From positions 1 to 49,343 of the forward strand of contig JBJMHP010000221.1 in the NCBI GenBank assembly GCA_045807325.1: a stretch of 49,343 bases of DNA. Direction: 5' to 3'. Both the position numbers and the translations under genes were made by a program. The notes beneath the pieces were generated by a model. The model saw only the letters and a list, made by a program, of their open reading frames with translations. It made no database searches and had not been told where the DNA came from. The DNA comes from Actinomycetes bacterium. GTDB taxonomy: Bacteria; Actinomycetota; CALGFH01. This document shows, piece by piece, positions 17,107-24,086 of the stretch; the stretch's first letter is position 1; every line of letters starts with the position of its first letter.

Positions 17107-17298
17107 TTGTCCCGCAAGATCGTCGTCGTCGCCGTCGCCCTGCTCGCCCTGGGGCTGTTCGCGGTGGCCGTGGCGGCGGCCGAGCGGTCGGTCACCGGCG
17201 GCGCCCACCCCGGCCGGCTGGCCGCCCTCGCCCTCCTCCTGCTGTCAGGAACCCTCACCTGGTTCCTGGTCGTCCGCGACGCCAATGCGCCGACCTGA
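17107..17298 (+). CDS. Small two-TM membrane protein (63 aa).
   Basis: TTG start after GGAGG. SRKIVVVAVALLALGLFAVAVAAA...RLAALALLLLSGTLTWFLVV gives two clear TM helices. Third codon positions are almost all G/C in this frame. Confidence 0.6.
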   Translation: MSRKIVVVAVALLALGLFAVAVAAAERSVTGGAHPGRLAALALLLLSGTLTWFLVVRDANAPT

Positions 17299-17404
17299 CA
17301 TGCGGGGCGGTCCCCGGGCCTGGGCAGGTCTATCGGGCTGGGCGGGTCCCCGGGCCCCGATGGATCCTCAGGCCCAGCTGGACCTGGCGCCAAAGCCACC
17401 GGAC

Positions 17405-17446
17405 CCGGCTCCCCCGCCACGGGATCCGGCTCCCCCGCCACGGGAC
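17405..17446 (+). repeat. 21-bp tandem duplication.
   Basis: CCGGCTCCCCCGCCACGGGAY occurs twice (17405-17425, 17426-17446), then a partial third unit. Confidence 0.8.
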
Positions 17447-17506
17447 CCGGCCGTGGACAGCCCGGCGCACCCGATTCCTGCATCGGCTACGCTCCCCCAC
17501 CGGGGG
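17447..17506 (+). repeat. Bipartite repeat locus C.
   Basis: GTGGACAGC at 17453-17461, 22-nt spacer, CGGCTACGCT at 17484-17493, then hairpin CCCCC-acc-GGGGG at 17494-17506. Confidence 0.7.
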
Positions 17507-17677
17507 TCTGAGCCGGGATCCGGGTCGCTGCAGGCTGCCCAGGAGACCGGGCCGAGATCCGGGTTGCCGGAGGCTACCCGGGAGACCGGACGGGGAGCCC
17601 GGTCACGGAAGGCCCCCCGGTATCGGGGGAACGAATCGGCACTCCCGCCACCGGACGCTGCCCGGGTCTGGTGGGCG

Positions 17678-19012
17678 ATGGTCGTGGTCGGGATGCTGGC
17701 CTTCGCGGCGGCCGCGGCCGGGATCGCGGTGTCGGCGACCCATGGGACCCGGACCACTGCCGATGAGCCGCAGTACCTGCTCACCGCGACCAGCCTGGCC
17801 GAGGACCGGGACCTCGACATCGGCGACGAGCTGGCCGACGGCCGCTGGCGGCCGTTCCACGCCCTGCCGCTGCCCGAGCAGACCGAGCCGCTGGCGGGAG
17901 GGCGGCGTCTCAGCCCGCACGACCCGTTGCTGCCGCTGCTGCTGGCCGGGCCGGTGGCGGTCGGCGGCTGGGTCGGGGCCAAGCTGGCCATGGCGGCGAT
18001 GGCCGGGCTGCTGGCCGCCCTGGCCCTCTGGACGGCGGTGCGCCGCCTGGGCGTGCCGATTGGCACGGCGGCCTTGGCCGCCGGGGGCTTTGGCTGCTCA
18101 CCGCCCCTGGCCGTCTACGGCAGCCAGGTCTACCCGGAGCTCCCGGCGGCCCTGGCCGTGCTGGCGGCCGTGGCCGCGCTGCTGTCCCCGGCGGCCCCAG
18201 GCGGGCGGGCGACCCTGGTCGTGGGCGGGGCGGTGGTGGCCCTGCCCTGGCTGGGGGTGAAGTACGCCCCGGTGGCCGCGGCGATCGCCCTGGTCACCTG
18301 CTGGCGGCTGGTCAGGACCGGGCGCGGCCGGCGGGCCCTGGTCCTGGCCGGGTCGCTGGCCGCCGCCGGGGTCGCCTTCCTGGTCCTGCACCGGTGGTGG
18401 TACGGAGGCTGGACGCCGTACGCCGCCGGGGACCACTTCCTCCAAGGTGAGCTGTCGGTCGTCGGCACCGAACCGGACTACCTGGGCCGCAGCCGCCGGC
18501 TGGTCGGCCTGCTGGTCGACCGGGGCTTCGGGCTGGCCGCCTGGCAGCCGGCCTGGCTGCTGGCCGTGCCGGCCGTCGCCGCCCTGGCCAGGCGCCGTCC
18601 CGGCGGCTGGGCCGCCCTGGCCGCCCCGCTGGCCGCCGGCTGGCTGGTGGCCAGCTTCGTCGCCCTGACCATGCACGGCTGGTGGTTCGGGGGCCGCCAG
18701 GTCGTGGTCGTCCTGCCCCTGGCCGTGCTGGCCGTCGCCGCCGGGGTCGGGGTGCTGGCCCACCTGTGGCTGGTCGTCGAGGGCGCCGCCGGGCGGGTCA
18801 CCTGGGCGGTGGACCCGACCGCCACCGCCAACCCGCTGTCCCGGGCCTGGCGGCTGGTCCTGCCGGACTACCTGGCCATGAGCTGGTGGACCTGGGGCCT
18901 GCACGGGGCCTGGCTGGTCGCCCTGGCCATGTGGGCGGCGTCGGCCGCCGGGGCTGGACATCGTCTGGCCGGCTTCCGTAGGCTGCGCCGGCGAGGATTT
19001 AGGGAAGCCTAA
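17678..19012 (+). CDS. Polytopic membrane protein, GT-C-like glycosyltransferase candidate.
   Basis: C-terminal ~445 aa of ORF 17096..19012. About 10 hydrophobic helices. The first extracytoplasmic loop carries TADEPQYLLTATSLAEDRDLDIGDE, an acidic motif as in GT-C enzymes. Start is ATG 17678 or TTG 17564. Confidence 0.62.
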   Translation: MVVVGMLAFAAAAAGIAVSATHGTRTTADEPQYLLTATSLAEDRDLDIGDELADGRWRPFHALPLPEQTEPLAGGRRLSPHDPLLPLLLAGPVAVGGWVGAKLAMAAMAGLLAALALWTAVRRLGVPIGTAALAAGGFGCSPPLAVYGSQVYPELPAALAVLAAVAALLSPAAPGGRATLVVGGAVVALPWLGVKYAPVAAAIALVTCWRLVRTGRGRRALVLAGSLAAAGVAFLVLHRWWYGGWTPYAAGDHFLQGELSVVGTEPDYLGRSRRLVGLLVDRGFGLAAWQPAWLLAVPAVAALARRRPGGWAALAAPLAAGWLVASFVALTMHGWWFGGRQVVVVLPLAVLAVAAGVGVLAHLWLVVEGAAGRVTWAVDPTATANPLSRAWRLVLPDYLAMSWWTWGLHGAWLVALAMWAASAAGAGHRLAGFRRLRRRGFREA

Positions 19013-19022
19013 ATAATGGAGG
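18994..19022 (+). promoter_or_regulatory. AT-rich palindromic motif M3, overlapping the last codons of the GT-C-like gene.
   Basis: AGGATTTAGG-gaag-CCTAAAT-a-ATGGAGG with 7-bp arms ATTTAGG/CCTAAAT. The TAA stop of the upstream gene (19010-19012) lies inside the right arm. Confidence 0.5.
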
Positions 19023-19624
19023 GTGGGAGGGTGCGCAACCGGACGGGGCCCCGACTGGCCGGGCTGGGGATCGGCCTGGCGTTGCTGCTGGCCGCCTGTG
19101 GGTCGGACGACGGGACCGGGGTGCGCAACGTCGACGGTGGCCAGTCGGCCAGTGCCAGCGGCAACGCCTCCGGGAGCGGCACGGCCTCGGGCAGCGGTAC
19201 CGCCTCGGGGCAGGCGGCCGCCTGCAAGCCGGTCGGCGACGCCGGCTCCAGCGACGCCACCATCGCGGTCGAGCTCAAGGAGTGGTCGGTGGTGCCGGCC
19301 CGGGCCGACGTGCCCGCCGGCACCGTCACCTTCGACGCCAACAACACCGGCGCCGACGCCCACGAGCTGGTGGTCGTCCGCGCCGACGACCCGGCCGAGC
19401 TGCCACTGGCCGCCGCCGGCACCGTCGACGAGGAGAAGCTGCCCAAGGGGGCGTTCGTGGGCGAGATCGAGCCGTTCCCCTCCAGACAGCACTGCACCGG
19501 CACCTTCCAGCTGACTGCCGGCCGCTACGCGCTGTTCTGCAACATCCTGGAGACCGAGGCCGACGGCACCAAGGAGAACCACTACGCCAACGGGATGCGC
19601 TCGCGCTTCGAGGTCCGCGGGTAG
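19016..19624 (+). CDS. Lipoprotein with a Ser/Thr/Gly-rich linker and a cupredoxin-like domain.
   Basis: Start is ATG 19016 or GTG 19031. Lipobox LLLAACGS. Linker SASASGNASGSGTASGSGTASG. Candidate Cu ligands HELVV ... FCNIL...ENHYANGM (H, C, H, M). Confidence 0.75.
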   Translation: MEGGRVRNRTGPRLAGLGIGLALLLAACGSDDGTGVRNVDGGQSASASGNASGSGTASGSGTASGQAAACKPVGDAGSSDATIAVELKEWSVVPARADVPAGTVTFDANNTGADAHELVVVRADDPAELPLAAAGTVDEEKLPKGAFVGEIEPFPSRQHCTGTFQLTAGRYALFCNILETEADGTKENHYANGMRSRFEVRG

Positions 19625-20900
19625 CCGGCCGGCCGCGCCCGGCCGAGGGTGGCCACGGCGACGACGCCGGCCAGCAGGTACAGGCCGGCCTGGCCGTTGA
19701 GCACCGGGACCACCCCCACGGTGTCGCCGAGCAGCCCGGCCAGCAGCATGCCGAGCGCCATCAGGCCGTTGAAGGCGCCGTAGTAGGTGGCGAACACCCG
19801 GCCCAGGTAGGCGTCCTCCGTGCGCTCCTGGACCAGCGCGGTCAGGCCGATGAGGAAGCCGATCCCCGGGATCCCGGCGGCCACGAACAGCCCCAGGTAC
19901 AGCCACTGGCTCGTGGTCACCAGGGGGCCGTTCCACATGGCCAGGTCGATCACGGCGAAGACGAGCAGGCTGACGCCGAGCAGCCGCCCCGGTTCCAGCC
20001 TCCTCGCCAGCCCCCATCATCCCACGGGGCTCGGCGGCGGCCCCCTGAACGGGGGCTGTGGACAGCCCCGAGCCCTCCGCTTCGCCGTCGGCTACGCTCC
20101 CCCTCCGGGGGTCCGCGAACCGCGAGGCCGAGTTGGAGCGCGCCCGCTCGGCGGTGACGGAGGGCTCGGCGGTGAGCGCGGGATCCCGGGTGGGCGCGGG
20201 GTCCAGGCTGACCGCGGGGTCGAGGGGGACCGGCCCGTCCTTGGTGGCCAGGGCGTCCACGGCCATCGGGTGCTCCACCGTGGCCGGACCGTCCATGGTG
20301 CCCGGACCCCCCACCATGCCCTGGCGACCCACTCCGACCGGACGAACCAGCCCGATGAGCGCCGCACCGAGGAGGAACGAGGCGGCGTCGCCGATGACCA
20401 GGCCGGGGAGGCCGGCGACCTCGACCAGGATGCCGCCGAGGGGGCTGCCGGCCAGACGGGCGACGTTGGTGTTGAGGCCGATGAGGGCGTTGGCGCCGAC
20501 CAGGTCGTCCTTGGGGACCAGGGTGGGGACCAGGGCGTTGCGGGCGGGGTCGTTGAGCTGGGCGAGGGTGGCCTCGACGGCGATCACCAGGTAGACGATC
20601 CACAGGCGGTCGCGGCCGTCGACGGCCAGCAGGGGGAGCAGGAAGGCGGCCTCGGCCAGGCTGACCGCGACCAGGGTACGTCGGCGGTCCCAGCGGTCGA
20701 CCAGGACGCCGGCGAGCGGCCCGACGACCAGCCCGGCAGGAGGCCGACCAGGAACACCGAGGCCGTGACCAGGCTGGAGCCGGTCTCCTGGAGGACCCAG
20801 AACGGCAGGCCGACGAGCAGGAACCAGTCGCCGGTCTCGGAGATGAGGCCGCCGGCCCACAGCAGGCCGAAGTCGCGCCGGCGCAGCAGGGCCCAGCCGG
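19582..20900 (-). pseudogene. MFS transporter, disrupted by at least two frame changes and a repeat-rich internal segment.
   Basis: The N-terminus, MKAGWALLRRRDFGLLWAGGLISETGDWFLLVGL..LLPG, is in one frame from 20900. It continues as LVVGPLAGVLVDRWDRRRTL... in a second frame (missing C near 20735, GGGC-TGG). The C-terminal part, RRLEPGRLLGVSLLVFAVIDLAMW..., is in a third frame after an in-frame TGA at 20017-20019. Confidence 0.7.
20052..20111 (+). repeat. Bipartite repeat locus D (best-formed copy), inside the MFS pseudogene.
   Basis: Hairpin GGGGCTG-tgga-CAGCCCC (20052-20069) contains GTGGACAGC (20058-20066). After a 22-nt spacer comes CGGCTACGCT (20089-20098), then hairpin CCCCC-tcc-GGGGG (20099-20111). 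Confidence 0.75.
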
Positions 20901-20903
20901 CCT

Positions 20904-21497
20904 TCATGTCAGGGCCTCCGGGCGCAGGAAGGCCTTGAAGTCGAGGTGCACCGGCTGGGCACTCTCGGGCGGGTCGTTGCGGGTCAGCCCGATGAAGGGC
21001 CGGATGGCCGCATCCAAGGCCTTGGCCAGCGACTCCAGCTCCTCGGGGGTGAGGCGCAGCGAGTAGCTGGCCATCGAGGCGGCGTCCCGCCAGGCCTTGG
21101 AGGCGCGCGGCTCCAGCCGCAGGTACTGGCGGGCCAGGCGCAGGTGCTCCTCCATCTCGATGTTGGCCAGCGACGCCCTGGTCGCGGTGGCGGCGGTCAC
21201 GACCTCGGGGTCGGGGTCGTCGAGGGTCGGGGACAGGCTCAGGCCGGTGTAGACCGACCGCCAGGGCCGCTCGCGGCCGTTGCCGGACTCCTCCCTGGTC
21301 ACCAGCCCGACCTTGGCCAGCTGGCGCAGGTGGTAGCTGCAGTTGGCCGGGGTCTCCCCCAGCGCCTGGGCGCACTGGCTGGCCGTGCGCGAGCCGAGGG
21401 CGTTCAGCTGGTACAGCAGGGCGACCCGCAGGGGATGGGCCAGGGCGGCCAGCACCTTGCTGTCGGTGATCTGCAGTCGCCGCTCGGTCCTCGCCAC
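20904..21497 (-). CDS. ArsR-like winged-helix transcriptional regulator with a C-terminal extension.
   Basis: 197 aa. LAALAHPLRVALLYQLNALGSRTASQCAQALGETPANCSYHLRQLAKVGLV is an ArsR/SmtB-type HTH. It lies immediately upstream of the MFS gene. Confidence 0.85.
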   Translation of the reverse strand: MARTERRLQITDSKVLAALAHPLRVALLYQLNALGSRTASQCAQALGETPANCSYHLRQLAKVGLVTREESGNGRERPWRSVYTGLSLSPTLDDPDPEVVTAATATRASLANIEMEEHLRLARQYLRLEPRASKAWRDAASMASYSLRLTPEELESLAKALDAAIRPFIGLTRNDPPESAQPVHLDFKAFLRPEALT

Positions 21498-21509
21498 CGC
21501 GCCCTCCGA

Positions 21510-21529
21510 CCTGAAAGAGCTCTTTCAGG
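21510..21529. promoter_or_regulatory. Perfect 20-bp palindrome, candidate operator of the ArsR-like regulator.
   Basis: CCTGAAAGAGCTCTTTCAGG lies 12 nt upstream of the GTG start at 21497. An extra half-site, TCTTTCAG, is at 21565-21572. Confidence 0.55.
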
Positions 21530-21585
21530 TTAGGGAACCGCGTTTCCCGGAGACGTGCGACATTTCTTTCAGATCAGTCGAAGGG

Positions 21586-22452
21586 TCAGGCGGGAGCCGG
21601 CCAGGGGAGGCCGACGGCGGCGGCCATGGCGTCCAGGTCGGGGCGGACCTGGGCGATCTTGACCACGGCGCCGGCGGCCTGGGCGCAGAGCATGCCGAGG
21701 CCGTCGGCGGCGGCGGCCGCCCCGGCCTCCCGGGCCGCCGAGACCAGCCCCTGGCTGTCGGGGCCGTAGTTGCAGTCGAGCACGCGGACGCCAGGGCGGA
21801 GGCGGTCCTGGCCGGGGACGGGCTCGCCCCTGGCGGTCAGGGTGGTGGCCTGGACGACCACGTCGGCGGCGGCGACCAGCTCAGCCGCCTCGGCCCAGTC
21901 CACCGCCAGCCCGGCGCCGTCGGCCAGGCCGGCCACGGCGGCGGCCCGGCCGCGGTCGCGGCCGGCGACCCGCAGCGGGGGGACGGGCAGGCCCTGGTGG
22001 CGGCGGGCGGTGGCCACGCGGCTCCAGGCGAACGCCACCGCCAGGGCCACGCCGCCCGTGCCGAGCAGGACGACCGGGCCGGTGCCGGGCCAGCGGTGGT
22101 CGCGCAGGCTGAGCTGGCTGCCGAGGGCCCACACGGCCCCGGCGACGTCGGTGTTGGCGCCGACCAGCCGGCCCTCGCGCACGAACACGGTGTTGACCGC
22201 GCCCAGCTGGTCGGCCGGCCGCTCCAGGGTGTCGACCAGGGCGGCGGCCGGCTGCTTGTGCGGGGTGGTCAGGTTGACCCCGGCGAGCCGGCCCGACCTG
22301 ACCTCCTCCAGGGCCGCGGCCAGCTCCTCGGGCCGGGTCGGGCGGGCCTCGTAGGACCAGCCGTCCAGGCCGGCGGCGCGGTAGGCGGCCTGGTGCAGGG
22401 CCGGGGACAGGGTGTGGGCCAGCGGCCAGCCGAGCACGGCGGCGACGGGCAC
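21586..22452 (-). CDS. aroE: Shikimate dehydrogenase.
   Basis: 288 aa. VAAVLGWPLAHTLSPALHQAAYRAAGLDGWSYEA...GVNLTTPHK...GAVNTV...GANTDVAG is canonical AroE. Confidence 0.93.
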   Translation of the reverse strand: MPVAAVLGWPLAHTLSPALHQAAYRAAGLDGWSYEARPTRPEELAAALEEVRSGRLAGVNLTTPHKQPAAALVDTLERPADQLGAVNTVFVREGRLVGANTDVAGAVWALGSQLSLRDHRWPGTGPVVLLGTGGVALAVAFAWSRVATARRHQGLPVPPLRVAGRDRGRAAAVAGLADGAGLAVDWAEAAELVAAADVVVQATTLTARGEPVPGQDRLRPGVRVLDCNYGPDSQGLVSAAREAGAAAAADGLGMLCAQAAGAVVKIAQVRPDLDAMAAAVGLPWPAPA

Positions 22453-22454
22453 GG

Positions 22455-22775
22455 CTACCTTGACTCCGCGGGAGTGCCCCGGCCTTCAGGGCGGGGGTGC
22501 GCACTATCCGGTTCGCAATGCTGCTCGAGATGGGCACGGAGCACGCTGACCGGGTCGCCGGCAATGCTGCCGGCGGAGTACGAGCCGGCCCAGGGTCGCT
22601 TGGCCCGCCAATGGTGCTGGGCTAGTTGTGGAGACTCCCGCCTCAGCCGCCGCGATGAGACACCATTGAGGGAGTCACCCATGCGGGACAGCGCCACCGT
22701 AGGCGGAAGGTGGACGAGCAGGTGGGCATGGGGGGTGAGCACAGGATGGTGGCCTGTGCGCACGTCGTGTCGCAT
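22455..22775 (-). pseudogene. tnpA: IS200-type Y1 (HUH) transposase TnpA relic.
   Basis: MRHDVRTGHHPVLTPHAHLLVHLPPTVALSRMGDSLNGVSSRRLRRESPQLAQHHWRAKRPWAGSYSAGSIAGDPVSVLRAHLEQH. It matches the TnpA C-terminal half, but the segment between the N-terminal DVRTG.H motif and the HxHLLV motif is missing. The expected YIEQQ tyrosine reads H. Confidence 0.7.
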
Positions 22776-24086
22776 CAGCGAGGGATACTGCTTGGCATGC
22801 AACTCCGGTACCGGTACCGCCTTGAACCGACCGCCGAACAGCGCCAAGCGCTCGCGCGTGCGTTCGGCTGCGCCCGGGTCGTCTACAACGACGCACTGCG
22901 GCTGCGGGAGGACGCCCACATGGCCGGGCGACCGTTCATCCCAGATGGCGAGGTACTGAGGCTGGTGACGACTCAGGCCAAGCGCACTCCCGAGCGGGCC
23001 TGGCTTGCCGAGGTCTCGGCGGTAGTGCTGCAGCAGTCGGTCGCGGACCTCCACCGCGCCTACCGCAACTACTTCCGCGAGCTTCGAGACCTGAAGGCCG
23101 AGCGGGCAATGAGGAACCCCAAGGCGAAGCTCCGCGTCCGCAAGCCCCGGTTCAAGAGCAAGCGCGGCGAGCAGGCGGCGCGGTTCACCGCTAACAGCCG
23201 CTTCCGCATCCTTGCCAACGGTCGCCTGTCGCTGCCGAAGGTCGGGGACCTGGCCGTGCGCTGGTCCCGGCCGCTGCCCGCCCCACCGTCCTCCGTCACC
23301 GTGACATTGGACTGTTCGGGCCGCTACCATGCCTCGTTCGTCGTGGAGGTCGCCCGCAACCCACTGGCTGCGGTTGAGCGTGAGGTTGGCGTCGACCTGG
23401 GCCTGCACGTCCTCGCCGCCTTGTCGGACGGCACGACCGTCCCCAATCCGCGCTGGCTCCGGCAGGCCGAGCGGGCTCTCCGCCGCGCCCAGCGCACCCT
23501 CAGCCGCCGACAGCAGGGGTCGACCAACTGGCACAAGGCCAGGCGCAAGGTCGCCCGACGCCACGCCCGCGTCACCGACGCCCGCCGGGATTTCCACCAC
23601 CAGCTCTCCACCCGGTTGATCCGCGATAACCAAGTGGTCTACCTGGAGAACCTGAACGTGGCGGCCCTCGGCCGATCCAAGCTCGCCAAGAGCCTTCACG
23701 ACGTGGGCTGGGGGCAGTTCACCGCGATGCTTGCCTACAAGGCCGACCTGTACGGCCGCATGGTCGTCCGCATCGACCGGTGGTGTCCGTCCTCGCAGCA
23801 ATGCTCCGCCTGCGGCGCCAAGACGGGGCCGAAGGGGCAGGCCGGACTCAAGGTCCGCGCCTGGACCTGTTCGGTGTGCGCGGCCGCCCACGACCGCGAC
23901 GTGAACGCCGCACGCAACATTCTGGCCGCCGGACGGGCGGTTACTGCCTGCGGAGGCTATGTGAGACCAGGGCTTGCCCTGGCGGTGGCCGCAACCCCCT
24001 CGGGGACAGAAGCAGGAACCCCCCCGGGAACTGCCGCATGAGCGGCCCTGGGAATCCTCACCCTTTAGGGGCGAAGGGGACGTCAA
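22465..24086 (+). mobile_element. IS200/IS605-family element with a decayed tnpA (divergent) and an intact tnpB.
   Basis: TTGAC (22460-22464) is followed by left-end hairpin CCCCGGCC-ttca-GGGCGGGG (22477-22496). Right end is GGGAATCC (24050-24057)-N20-GGACGTCAA (24078-24086), the same 37-nt architecture as at 7208-7244. Confidence 0.8.
22797..24041 (+). CDS. tnpB: TnpB (RNA-guided endonuclease, IS605 OrfB family).
   Basis: Start at ATG 22797 (MQLRYRYRLEPTAEQRQALARAFG...). RuvC motifs VGVDLG, VYLENL and HDRDVNAARNI. Zinc finger CSACG...CSVC. Confidence 0.92.
   Translation: MQLRYRYRLEPTAEQRQALARAFGCARVVYNDALRLREDAHMAGRPFIPDGEVLRLVTTQAKRTPERAWLAEVSAVVLQQSVADLHRAYRNYFRELRDLKAERAMRNPKAKLRVRKPRFKSKRGEQAARFTANSRFRILANGRLSLPKVGDLAVRWSRPLPAPPSSVTVTLDCSGRYHASFVVEVARNPLAAVEREVGVDLGLHVLAALSDGTTVPNPRWLRQAERALRRAQRTLSRRQQGSTNWHKARRKVARRHARVTDARRDFHHQLSTRLIRDNQVVYLENLNVAALGRSKLAKSLHDVGWGQFTAMLAYKADLYGRMVVRIDRWCPSSQQCSACGAKTGPKGQAGLKVRAWTCSVCAAAHDRDVNAARNILAAGRAVTACGGYVRPGLALAVAATPSGTEAGTPPGTAA

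Noticed and set aside
17405-17446. Possible CRISPR-like array. The 18-bp periodic repeats at 20146-20235 raised the same question.
   Set aside because: Only 2-4 directly abutting GC-rich units are present, with no unique spacers and no cas genes. These are simple tandem duplications.
17502-17515. Tn3-family terminal inverted repeat start (GGGGTCTGA...).
   Set aside because: The match is limited to 9 nt in one repeat copy. There is no matching inverted partner and no transposase or resolvase nearby.
18098-20860. 920-aa minus-strand ORF.
   Set aside because: The ORF is chimeric. Only about 20340-20735 matches MFS transporter sequence. The rest is antisense shadow of the GT-C-like and cupredoxin genes plus repeat-derived sequence.
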